Below, piece after piece: positions 9,988 to 17,631 of a DNA stretch of 26,181 nt. Source of the DNA: a virus (lineage: Duplodnaviria > Heunggongvirae > Uroviricota > Caudoviricetes). The stretch's first letter is position 1. Each line of letters opens with the position of its first letter. Location: the IMG/VR virus record IMGVR_UViG_2778261575_000004; one strand, given 5' to 3'. The position numbers and the translations under genes were made by a program. The notes under the pieces are model-generated. The model searched no databases. It was not told the DNA's origin and worked only from the letters and a program-made list of their open reading frames with translations.

Positions 9988-10007
9988 TACTGCAAATATA
10001 AACAGTG
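9988..10007 (+). promoter_or_regulatory. LexA box (SOS operator) upstream of the tum-like gene
   Basis: TACTGCAAATATAAACAGTG matches the CTG-N10-CAG LexA consensus (taCTGTatatatatACAGta). A second, weaker overlapping box lies at 10003-10022 (CAGTGATTATATATACAGTG). About 40 bp upstream of ATG 10048. Confidence 0.6.
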
Positions 10008-10047
10008 ATTATATATACAGTGTTGCTTTGGTGTCATAGGAGGAAAG

Positions 10048-10236
10048 ATGCAGGACTATTTTTTGGAGTCTTTGAAGCTCCAGCGCATTGATTTTTTTCT
10101 TAAGCTTGTAGCGGCTAGTGAGTGTAGTGATGAAGAGAAGGGGCTGGCCCTGCAGTGGGTTTCTGAACTGACAGATGAACTCATGGCAAAAATCAGAACC
10201 CACGAATACAACCGCTCAATGGATGTCATCAGTTGA
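10048..10236 (+). CDS. Tum-like antirepressor, N-terminal portion (possibly one gene with the next ORF)
   Basis: 62-aa ORF with RBS GGAGGAAAG directly downstream of the LexA box. Overlaps, in a different frame, the 5' extension of the following DinI-like ORF. Confidence 0.45.
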   Translation: MQDYFLESLKLQRIDFFLKLVAASECSDEEKGLALQWVSELTDELMAKIRTHEYNRSMDVIS

Positions 10237-10246
10237 GGTGGCTTTT

Positions 10247-10480
10247 ATGCGCATTGAAATAATGATCGATAAAGAGCAGAAGATTAGCCAGTCTACCCTG
10301 GACGCCCTTGAATCCGAGCTTTACCGCAATCTGCGCCCCCTGTATCCCAAAACGGTAATTCGTATCCGCAAAGGTAGCTCTAACGGTGTGGAACTGACCG
10401 GACTGCAACTGGACGAAGAAAGAAAACAAGTGATGAAAATTATGCAGAAGGTGTGGGAAGACGACAGCTGGCTGCATTAG
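10247..10480 (+). CDS. DinI-family protein (Tum C-terminal domain-like)
   Basis: 77 aa beginning MRIEIMIDKEQ...RIRKGSSNGVELTGLQLDEERKQVMKIMQKVWEDDSWLH, which resembles DinI (MRIEVTIAKT...ETWESADDWF). Confidence 0.75.
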   Translation: MRIEIMIDKEQKISQSTLDALESELYRNLRPLYPKTVIRIRKGSSNGVELTGLQLDEERKQVMKIMQKVWEDDSWLH

Positions 10481-10549
10481 AGAACGTTGCGGATGATAAA
10501 ACTAGCTTTTACCATCTGCAAGGCTGAACAACGATTGTAGCGAGGTGTT

Positions 10550-10599
10550 AGGTGGTTCAAAAGTAAAGCGGTTATTTTGCCCGTAAAAGTGAACCACCT
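10550..10599. repeat. Perfect 10-bp inverted repeat (AGGTGGTTCA ... TGAACCACCT) with 30-nt spacer between convergent genes
   Basis: Arms at 10550-10559 and 10590-10599, followed by a T-rich stretch; lies between the DinI-like gene (+) and the 246-aa hotspot gene (-). Confidence 0.4.
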
Positions 10600-10608
10600 G
10601 TATCTTGA

Positions 10609-11349
10609 TCAGTTTTCTTTGAATTTTTCACTTAATCGTTTCGTCAATACTTCGACAGATTCTTTGCGACCGGAGAACAAGTCATTGACGACGTACTCCA
10701 TAATCTCAAAAGCATCCTCAATGTCTTTGACTTTTACTTCATCGTAGGTATGGCTTCCGGCATTTCCTAAAAATTTAATTGCCATAAGAGGTCTTGAAAA
10801 CGATCCGTATAATTCAGGTAGCATCCCTAAACGGTGGTGTAGAGTTATGCGTTTGCCATTATCATTACGTTCAGCTACATCCATAGCGGTTAGCATTCTT
10901 TCAACTGAAATTCGAATTAGGTTTGCTGCTGCGCCAGGCTGTATTAGGAAAATGGAAAATGAGGCTTCAAGCGGTTCGGTAATTTCTTCTGGGCATTTTT
11001 CAGGTATTTCGAAAGGATGCAGTGATGGGTAAAAGGTGAAAGGTCTGTGCCATTGATAGTACTCAATATCATTTCTTTCTTCATCCCAACCTTGTTCCCA
11101 TCCACTCTTACCAGTACAGGCCACAACTTCACCACATTGCATTCTTGAACAGCGGGCCATGCAACTGAAAATAGATGAATCCATTTCTAGTTCAAACCAA
11201 TCTTCACTGCGGAATTTTCGGGTATCATGTGTGTCATACGAGACGAAACTTTCTTTAATGATCTGTAGGGTTTTCTGATTGCAGTTAGGGCAGGGCCACT
11301 CAACCTGCATATCGTGGAAAAACGCACCAGAGAGCTTGTGCACAGTCAT
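10609..11349 (-). CDS. Hypothetical protein: N-terminal Cys-rich zinc-ribbon-like region plus C-terminal DUF4145-like helical domain; candidate defence/exclusion gene at the P2 tin/old position
   Basis: 246-aa ORF with RBS GAGGAA, AT-rich. Cys pairs CPNC (20-23) and C63/C67/C72/C78. C-terminal LIRISVERMLTAM...AIKFLGNAGSHT...VKDIEDAFEIMEYVVNDLF resembles, from memory, the GN.a.H-containing DUF4145 domain. Sits between A/tum and cos, where P2 carries tin and old. Confidence 0.6.
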   Translation of the reverse strand: MTVHKLSGAFFHDMQVEWPCPNCNQKTLQIIKESFVSYDTHDTRKFRSEDWFELEMDSSIFSCMARCSRMQCGEVVACTGKSGWEQGWDEERNDIEYYQWHRPFTFYPSLHPFEIPEKCPEEITEPLEASFSIFLIQPGAAANLIRISVERMLTAMDVAERNDNGKRITLHHRLGMLPELYGSFSRPLMAIKFLGNAGSHTYDEVKVKDIEDAFEIMEYVVNDLFSGRKESVEVLTKRLSEKFKEN

Positions 11350-11550
11350 TCTTTGTGTTCCTCATTTTTATGATTGGTAGGGATTGTATCTTCATACACG
11401 ATTACAGTTGCATTAAAGATAAGCCATAGCAAGCTACTGGAAAAGAGACGAAACAGTTGGGCATATCAGATGTTTTTTCTTAAGGTAAGTTGTTGTGCAT
11501 GCCTATACTGCATGAGATTGCATGATCGTTTGAGGATCGTTATTGCTAAG

Positions 11551-11575
11551 GCCCACCAGAACTGGCGGGCTTTTG
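11551..11575 (+). other. Imperfect hairpin followed by TTTTG in the cos-proximal region
   Basis: GCCCACC-agaac-TGGCGGGC then TTTTGCG; one mismatch in the stem. Could be a terminator or a packaging-related structure. Confidence 0.25.
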
Positions 11576-11619
11576 CGTAGAGCATGCAGGTGCATGAAAA
11601 CCACTACATAAAGCGGGCA

Positions 11620-11638
11620 GGCGTGGCGGGGATACGAG
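11620..11638. other. cos-like site (P2/186-type cohesive end sequence)
   Basis: GGCGTGGCGGGGA matches the first 13 nt of the 19-nt cohesive end as I recall it for 186 (GGCGTGGCGGGGAAAGCAT) and P2 (GGCGAGGCGGGGAAAGCAC); followed by a GCGCGC-rich segment. Lies between the A-side hotspot and portal gene Q, as expected for a P2-like prophage. Confidence 0.4.
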
Positions 11639-11910
11639 CGCGCGCCGCGGGTTGAAATAGTAAAATTCACTTAGCCTCAGGCCCGCTGATGGTTTTCTTC
11701 TGAAAGGGAGGGCGCGTTTTTGTGCAATCTTGTTTGAAGGGATTTAAATAAATGTTGAATGTGTTCCGGAGTTGGCTGTAGATTTAGTGTTCTGTCACAA
11801 GTTGCAGTGATAGGTAGCAAACCTTTAAAAGGTTCTGCTATTGTTTCATTAAAGATTTATAGTCTTTGTCCGAAAATGACATTAAAGTAGTCGCCTTTAA
11901 TGTCGTAAGC

Positions 11911-12465
11911 ATGAAGGACAGAGAATTGAACTTAGAGCAGATTGCCAGTCAAAGTATAAGTAACCTTCAGTTTCTCCTCGATACTTTGAAGATGCCGTTG
12001 GCTGTTGGTCCAATCAGTGATGAAGACTATGTGATCCTGACCACAGGATACGCTCAGCTAGAATGGGATTATGGTTTTTCTCGGTTTGGCAATCGAAGTG
12101 ATAAGTTTGAATTTTGTTTGAAGCTCCTTGCGGGGCCACTTAGGCATATCCCTTCTGGCGCAGCTATGTGCACCTTTGACGAGGACGCTGGAGTCATAGA
12201 GATCCATTTTGTGGAATCTTTTGTGAAAGATGATGACGTAGAGCACCCTCTTTACGGCAACATGTTCATGGTTACATTGTGGGCGGTATATCTTTTTGGT
12301 AGCGCGGTTGGGTGTCAAGAGATTCGGATCCCTGAAGCCCTGAATCAAAAAGTTGCTGACCACTATAAAAAATTTGGTTTTAAAGGTGATATAAGCTTGC
12401 TTTCGGCACCTTTTGCTACAATAACTGATGTAGTAAGACGCTACATTACTTCTAAGAAACAGTAG
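11911..12465 (+). CDS. Hypothetical protein, cargo between cos and Q (possible degenerate GNAT-like C-terminus)
   Basis: 184 aa from ATG 11911 (the ORF track gives 199 aa from TTG 11866). C-terminal ...ALNQKVADHYKKFGFKGD is reminiscent of the GNAT motif-B signature, but no clear motif A is seen; assignment weak. Confidence 0.5.
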   Translation: MKDRELNLEQIASQSISNLQFLLDTLKMPLAVGPISDEDYVILTTGYAQLEWDYGFSRFGNRSDKFEFCLKLLAGPLRHIPSGAAMCTFDEDAGVIEIHFVESFVKDDDVEHPLYGNMFMVTLWAVYLFGSAVGCQEIRIPEALNQKVADHYKKFGFKGDISLLSAPFATITDVVRRYITSKKQ

Positions 12466-12544
12466 ATAAATTTTTGCGCAGTGCTACAATGCTGCGCCAA
12501 ACATCCACCACCGGATGATGAGGCTTGACCTCTAAGAGGAAATC

Positions 12545-12724
12545 ATGACTATGACGCATAGTGACAAGAAAGCTCAGAAGCATTACTCAGTATCTGATGT
12601 TTTCAGCCGTATGGGCGTCGCGATGGAAGAACTACTTCAAGCGGCCCCACATATGATGCAGGACTGCAAATTTGAAGGAAATGAGCTGCATGGTAAGCTC
12701 AAAGAAAAGCAGAAAGCTGCTTAA
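12545..12724 (+). CDS. Small hypothetical protein (59 aa)
   Basis: Hand-translated ORF not in the supplied track: ATG 12545 preceded by AAGAGGA at 7 nt, stop TAA 12722-12724, immediately followed by a strong terminator. Confidence 0.35.
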   Translation: MTMTHSDKKAQKHYSVSDVFSRMGVAMEELLQAAPHMMQDCKFEGNELHGKLKEKQKAA

Positions 12725-12747
12725 TTCCATGAAATGCGTTTTGCATG

Positions 12748-12775
12748 AAGCCCGGTAATACCGGGCTTTTTTATG
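12748..12775 (+). terminator. Rho-independent terminator
   Basis: Perfect palindrome AAGCCCGGTA-A-TACCGGGCTT followed by TTTTTTAT; lies between the small ORF and the 3' end of Q. Confidence 0.7.
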
Positions 12776-12779
12776 CTTG

Positions 12780-13817
12780 CTAGTCAGTATTAAGCTCATA
12801 TGGATTGAATCGGACTACCTCTTCACCAAGCCATTCATTTAGCTCCAGCAATCGCTTTTGTAACGGTACTATTTCGTTTCTTGTGAAGACGCGACTGGCC
12901 TTTTCCACATCCCCAAAACCGCCGGTATTGTTGGGAATGATACCCATCATTTGCGGCGGCACACGATGCGCCGCCATCATGTCGTCCCGGCTCACGTTCT
13001 TGATATTCAGGAACTCATCCTTCGCCGCCACTTCTGACAACGGGATAATCTGAAGCCCATCCTTTTTGCCGTTAGGCGAGTACATAAACAGGTTACGGAA
13101 GTTACCAGGACCTTTGGCACTTTTCATTGCGTTGCGGAGGTTGTTCACATCCTCCTGGTTCTGCGCGGCGTCGGTCATGTACATGATGAAGCCCGCATGG
13201 CTGCCGTTAATGTAATACTTCCGGCGGAACAGCGTGGCGGACTCGTTGAGCAGGGCTGACGGAATGGCAGAAAGATAACCGGGCAGGCCGTAGATCTCCT
13301 GGTTGATGTCCGGCTCCATCAGATGAAAAATGCTGCCTTTCGTGAACTGATACGGCTGGGTTGTCATACTGTATTGCACAAACCAGTAGGTATCCAGGTC
13401 TAACCCGCGTCGGGTGTATTTTGCCAGAGCAGGCTCAAGGGCTATAACTTCACCGAAGCGGTTCGTGCGTTTCTCCAGGTAGGCGTTACCAAAAACCAGA
13501 AAGTCCTGTACAAAACGCGAAAAAGCCTGCTGGCTGAGCAGCGGGTGAGGGATGTAGGTGCTGGTCAGAATGTTGCACTTCACTGCAATCGGTGAGCTAT
13601 GATGTATGGCGGCGCGGAAGGTTCGCGCCAGTCCGTCGAAACTCACAGGCAGCTCATACCAACGATCCATCTGTACGCATTCCACATAGTCCAGCAGTTC
13701 GCGGCGGTCCAGAACAGGAACGGGATCACCGAAGCTGAATGCTTCGGCTGAAGTCTGGCTTTTATGCTGGATCTGTTTCGTCGACGCAGCGCGGTTCTTC
13801 TTACTCTTTCCCATCAA
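12780..13817 (-). CDS. Q: Portal protein (P2 gpQ family)
   Basis: 345-aa ORF, first of the leftward Q-P late operon; size and position as in P2; 4-nt overlap with P. Confidence 0.88.
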   Translation of the reverse strand: MMGKSKKNRAASTKQIQHKSQTSAEAFSFGDPVPVLDRRELLDYVECVQMDRWYELPVSFDGLARTFRAAIHHSSPIAVKCNILTSTYIPHPLLSQQAFSRFVQDFLVFGNAYLEKRTNRFGEVIALEPALAKYTRRGLDLDTYWFVQYSMTTQPYQFTKGSIFHLMEPDINQEIYGLPGYLSAIPSALLNESATLFRRKYYINGSHAGFIMYMTDAAQNQEDVNNLRNAMKSAKGPGNFRNLFMYSPNGKKDGLQIIPLSEVAAKDEFLNIKNVSRDDMMAAHRVPPQMMGIIPNNTGGFGDVEKASRVFTRNEIVPLQKRLLELNEWLGEEVVRFNPYELNTD

Positions 13818-15580
13818 AAAATCTCCACAATATTGCTGGTATTGGCGGACTCGCCCTGCAGCGGTTCGTTAAACAGTGCGTGCATTGTTGCCCAGGCCAG
13901 ATCGGCATGGCTGGCTTCTTCGCTGCGGCTGGCTTCATAGGTCGGGCGGTTGCCACTGGCAGTGGTAGCGCGACGGATTGCCATAAATGACTGCGCAATG
14001 TCGGTGTGCCCGGCGTCAAACTCCAGGCGGCGGTGGCTGATAATGTCGTAGGCCTTGAGTACCAGGGCGTTTTTAACGTTGGGGTTGTAGACAAACTCCC
14101 GGACGGCAGGAAAAAACGCTTTCACGTTCTCGTAAACCCCGTGACCGACGCCGGTCGAGTCGATGCCGATATAGGTCACGTTATACTGTTCGGTCAGTTT
14201 TTTGATGGCGTCAGCCTGGGCGCGAAAGTCCATTCCGCGCCACTGGTGACGCTCAAGAATGCGGAACTTGCCGCCCGGCACGGCTGGCGGAGCCACCACC
14301 ACGCATCCGGCGCTGTCGCCGTTTTGCGTACCTTTTGCCGGGTCATAACCGATCCACACTTCGCGCCAGCCAAACGGGCGCAGCGCCAGTGCATGAAAGT
14401 CGGTCCAGACTTCCCAGCTGTCCACCATGCACGCCTGCAGCTCGCTGAGCGGGAACACGGACGCGAGATCGTCCACGAACTCACACATCAGCAGGTTCTG
14501 GTATTCGTCCGGGCTGTACTCCATGCGCAACTGGTCGAGGTCGAACAGGTTACAGCCGCCGCGCACCGCATCTTCCACAGTGACTATCTGGCGGTACTGC
14601 CCGTCTGCGCACAGCAGGCCGGGGGCCAGATTGCTGTGGGACAGGTCGATGTCCACCTTATCGGCTTTGTTGCGCCCTCGGTTGAACAGCGCACCGGACC
14701 AGAACGGATAAGCACTGTGTGTCAGGCTGGATGGCGTGGAAAAATAGGTTTGTCGCCATTTTTTGTGAATAGCCATACCGGAAGCCACTTTGCGCAGCTC
14801 CTGGAATTTCGGTATCCAGAAATATTCATCCAGATACAGGTTGCCGTGGTAACTCTGGGCCGTGCGGGCATTGGTGCCGAGGAAGTACAGCGTGGCCCCG
14901 TTAGGAAGCACCATCGGATCGCCTTTCAGCTCCACCTCCACTTCTTTGGCGAAGTCGATGATGTACTGCTTAAAGACGTGGGCCTGAGCCTTGCTGGCGG
15001 AAAGGAAAATCTGGTTACGCCCGGTTAGCAGGGCGTCAATCAGGGCTTCACGGGCAAAATAGAAGGTCGCGCCGATCTGGCGTGACTTCAGCAGGTTGCG
15101 GATGCGGTTGGTTTTTCCGGCTTCCCACCAGTGGCGCTGGTAGTTGAACATGGAGGAATGGAAGATTTCTTCCAGCTTCTCAATCTGTTCATCGGTGAAA
15201 ACGTTCTTTTCCGGCTGACGGCGCGGGCCTTTGTTGCGGTTGGCGACGTTAGGGTTTAAGTCGGCTTCGTTGCCGCCATTGTTAAACTTGCCGATCCGCG
15301 CATGGCGCTCCGACTGGCGCGCCAGCAGGTCAATCTCTTTGAAATCTTTCCCTTCTTTGTGCTCCTTCATAATGAGCTGGCAGTAGCGTGCGGCGGTGGT
15401 GAGCTGCATCTGATCCAGCGGCCCATAGTCACCCCACTTGTCGCGTTTTTTCCAGCTGTGAACGGTTGCAACTTTCTCGCCCAGCATTTCAGCAATGCGG
15501 GCGACGCGGTATCCCTGAAAGTACAGCAGCATGGCCTGCCGACGGGGATCGAGATCTGCGGGTGTCAGTGTGGTGTTCAT
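13814..15580 (-). CDS. P: Terminase large (ATPase) subunit (P2 gpP family)
   Basis: 588-aa ORF divergent from O-N-M-L; Walker-A-like NLLKSRQIGATFYF and a C-terminal nuclease region. Confidence 0.9.
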   Translation of the reverse strand: MNTTLTPADLDPRRQAMLLYFQGYRVARIAEMLGEKVATVHSWKKRDKWGDYGPLDQMQLTTAARYCQLIMKEHKEGKDFKEIDLLARQSERHARIGKFNNGGNEADLNPNVANRNKGPRRQPEKNVFTDEQIEKLEEIFHSSMFNYQRHWWEAGKTNRIRNLLKSRQIGATFYFAREALIDALLTGRNQIFLSASKAQAHVFKQYIIDFAKEVEVELKGDPMVLPNGATLYFLGTNARTAQSYHGNLYLDEYFWIPKFQELRKVASGMAIHKKWRQTYFSTPSSLTHSAYPFWSGALFNRGRNKADKVDIDLSHSNLAPGLLCADGQYRQIVTVEDAVRGGCNLFDLDQLRMEYSPDEYQNLLMCEFVDDLASVFPLSELQACMVDSWEVWTDFHALALRPFGWREVWIGYDPAKGTQNGDSAGCVVVAPPAVPGGKFRILERHQWRGMDFRAQADAIKKLTEQYNVTYIGIDSTGVGHGVYENVKAFFPAVREFVYNPNVKNALVLKAYDIISHRRLEFDAGHTDIAQSFMAIRRATTASGNRPTYEASRSEEASHADLAWATMHALFNEPLQGESANTSNIVEIF

Positions 15581-15626
15581 GGCACAAACCTACAGCCTTG
15601 AATGAAGGCTTTCCCCGCCTGCGGTT

Positions 15627-15644
15627 TGTGTGGTTGTCGGTACA
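15627..15644. promoter_or_regulatory. Late-promoter activator site (Ogr/B-type TGT-N12-ACA dyad) in the P/O divergent region
   Basis: TGTgtggttgtcggtACA in the 142-bp intergenic region between divergent late operons P-Q and O-N-M-L. Confidence 0.45.
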
Positions 15645-15722
15645 AATACCGCGCATTGTTTCACTGCCCCCATCACCGCAACCATAAGGCTCCAGTAAGT
15701 TTTTTCTAACGGAGCACGGCTC

Positions 15723-16556
15723 ATGACAGTGAAAGCAAAGCGTTTTCGCATCGGGGTGGAAGGTGCCACCACCGACGGACGCGAAATCCAGCGTGAATGG
15801 CTGGAACAGATGGCAGCCAGCTACAACCCGGCGGTGTATACCGCTCTGATTAACCTTGAGCACATCAAGTCTTATCTGCCGGACAGCACCTTTAACCGCT
15901 ACGGCAAGGTGACGGCGCTGTTTGCTGAAGAAATCACGGAAGGTCCGCTGGCGGGCAAGATGGCGCTGTATGCCGACGTTGAGCCAACGGAATCCCTGGT
16001 GGAGCTGGTGAAAAAAGGCCAGAAATTATTCACCTCTATGGAAGTCAGCCCGAAGTTTGCTGATACGGGCAAAGCCTACCTGGTCGGCCTGGCTGCCACT
16101 GATGACCCTGCCAGTCTGGGCACTGAAATGCTGACATTCAGCGCCAGTGCGGCCCATAACCCGCTGGCAAACCGCAAGCAGAATCCTGCCAATCTCTTTA
16201 CCGCTGCAGAGGAAACGGTGATCGAACTGGAAGAAATCCAGGATGACAAACCGTCCCTGTTTGCCCGTGTCACGGCGCTGTTCACCAAAAAAGAGCAGTC
16301 CGATGACGCCCGATTCTCTGATGTGCATAAGGCCGTGGAGCTGGTCGCCACTGAGCAGCAGAACCTGAGCGCACGCACCGAAAAATCCCTGTCTGAGCAG
16401 GAAGAACGCCTGTCTGAGCTGGAGATTGCTCTGCAGGCACAGCAGACCGCCTTTAACGAACTGGTGGACAAGCTGAGCCATGAAGACAGCCGCCAGGACT
16501 ACCGACAGCGTGCAACAGGCGGTAACGCCCCCGCTGACACTCTGACCAATTGCTGA
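15723..16556 (+). CDS. O: Capsid scaffolding protein (P2 gpO family)
   Basis: 277 aa; N-terminal KRFRIGVEGATTDGREIQ...INLEH resembles my recollection of P2 gpO (FRIGVEGDTCDGR...INLEH). Confidence 0.85.
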   Translation: MTVKAKRFRIGVEGATTDGREIQREWLEQMAASYNPAVYTALINLEHIKSYLPDSTFNRYGKVTALFAEEITEGPLAGKMALYADVEPTESLVELVKKGQKLFTSMEVSPKFADTGKAYLVGLAATDDPASLGTEMLTFSASAAHNPLANRKQNPANLFTAAEETVIELEEIQDDKPSLFARVTALFTKKEQSDDARFSDVHKAVELVATEQQNLSARTEKSLSEQEERLSELEIALQAQQTAFNELVDKLSHEDSRQDYRQRATGGNAPADTLTNC

Positions 16557-16572
16557 TGGAGCACAAAACCTG

Positions 16573-17628
16573 ATGAAGAAGAATACCCGCTTTGCTTTTA
16601 ACGCTTACCTGCAGCAGCTGGCGCGTCTGAACGGTGTGGCAGTTGAAGAACTGTCCAGCAAGTTTACTGTAGAGCCGTCTGTGCAGCAGACGCTGGAAGA
16701 CCAGATCCAGCAGTCCGCCGCATTCCTGACGCTGATTAACGTCACGCCAGTGACTGAGCAGTCTGGTCAGTTGCTGGGGCTGGGTGTTGGCAGCACCATT
16801 GCCGGAACCACTGATACCACCGCAAAAGAGCGTGAGCCTGTCGATCCGACGCTGATGGTCGATGTGGAATATAAATGCGAGCAGACCAACTTTGACACGG
16901 TGCTGACCTACGCGAAGCTGGACCTGTGGGCGAAGTTTCAGGATTTCCAGGTGCGTATCCGTGACGCCATCGTGAAACGTCAGGCACTGGACCGCATCAT
17001 GATCGGCTTTAACGGCGTGAAGCGAGCGAAAACCTCCAACCGCAGCGAAAACCCGCTGCTGCAGGATGTGAATAAAGGCTGGCTACAGAAAATCCGTGAG
17101 GATGCACCGGATCACGTCATGGGCAGCACCACCACGGGCGGTGAAACCACACCGGGCGCGGTGAAAGTCGGTAAAGGTGGCGAATATGCCAACCTGGACG
17201 CCGTGGTGATGGATGCGGTCAATGAGCTTATCGACGTGGTCTACCAGGACGATGACGATCTGGTGGTGATTTGCGGTCGTGAACTGTTGTCTGATAAGTA
17301 TTTCCCGCTGGTCAACAAAGAGCAGGAAAACAGTGAAAAACTGGCTGCCGATATGATCATCAGCCAGAAACGCATGGGTGGCCTGCAGGCCGTGCGTGCG
17401 CCGTTCTTCCCGCCGAATGCGCTGCTGATCACCCGTCTGGATAACCTGTCCATCTACTGGCAGGAAGACACCCGCCGCCGTTCAGTTATCGACAACCCGA
17501 AACGTGACCGGATTGAAAACTTTGAATCCGTTAACGAAGCCTATGTGGTTGAGGACTACCGCTGCGCAGCACTGGTGGAAAACATCCAGATTGGCGACTT
17601 CAGCGTCGCCGTAGAAGCCGGAGCATAA
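16573..17628 (+). CDS. N: Major capsid protein (P2 gpN family)
   Basis: 351 aa; TRFAFNAYLQQLARLNG...KFTVEPSVQQTL...LDLWAKFQDFQVRIRDAIVKRQALDRIMIGFNGVKRA aligns by eye to P2 gpN. Confidence 0.9.
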   Translation: MKKNTRFAFNAYLQQLARLNGVAVEELSSKFTVEPSVQQTLEDQIQQSAAFLTLINVTPVTEQSGQLLGLGVGSTIAGTTDTTAKEREPVDPTLMVDVEYKCEQTNFDTVLTYAKLDLWAKFQDFQVRIRDAIVKRQALDRIMIGFNGVKRAKTSNRSENPLLQDVNKGWLQKIREDAPDHVMGSTTTGGETTPGAVKVGKGGEYANLDAVVMDAVNELIDVVYQDDDDLVVICGRELLSDKYFPLVNKEQENSEKLAADMIISQKRMGGLQAVRAPFFPPNALLITRLDNLSIYWQEDTRRRSVIDNPKRDRIENFESVNEAYVVEDYRCAALVENIQIGDFSVAVEAGA

Positions 17629-17631
17629 ACC

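Noticed and set aside
11374-11580. 68-aa plus-strand ORF in the cos-proximal non-coding region
   Set aside because: It starts at a non-ATG codon without an RBS and overlaps the TGCATGA repeats and hairpin; more likely non-coding packaging or regulatory DNA.
10481-12780. Retron, CRISPR or restriction-modification system in the A-cos-Q hotspot
   Set aside because: No reverse-transcriptase-like ORF, no regularly spaced repeat-spacer array, and no methyltransferase/endonuclease pair are present in the hotspot; only the uncharacterised ORFs reported above.
14006-15028. 340-aa plus-strand ORF inside the terminase large-subunit gene, and similar long antisense ORFs at 16026-16481, 21608-22129 and 24494-25155
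   Set aside because: They lie antisense to or out of frame with confidently identified structural genes and have Arg/Ala/Gly-rich low-complexity translations; these are shadow ORFs of GC-rich coding DNA.
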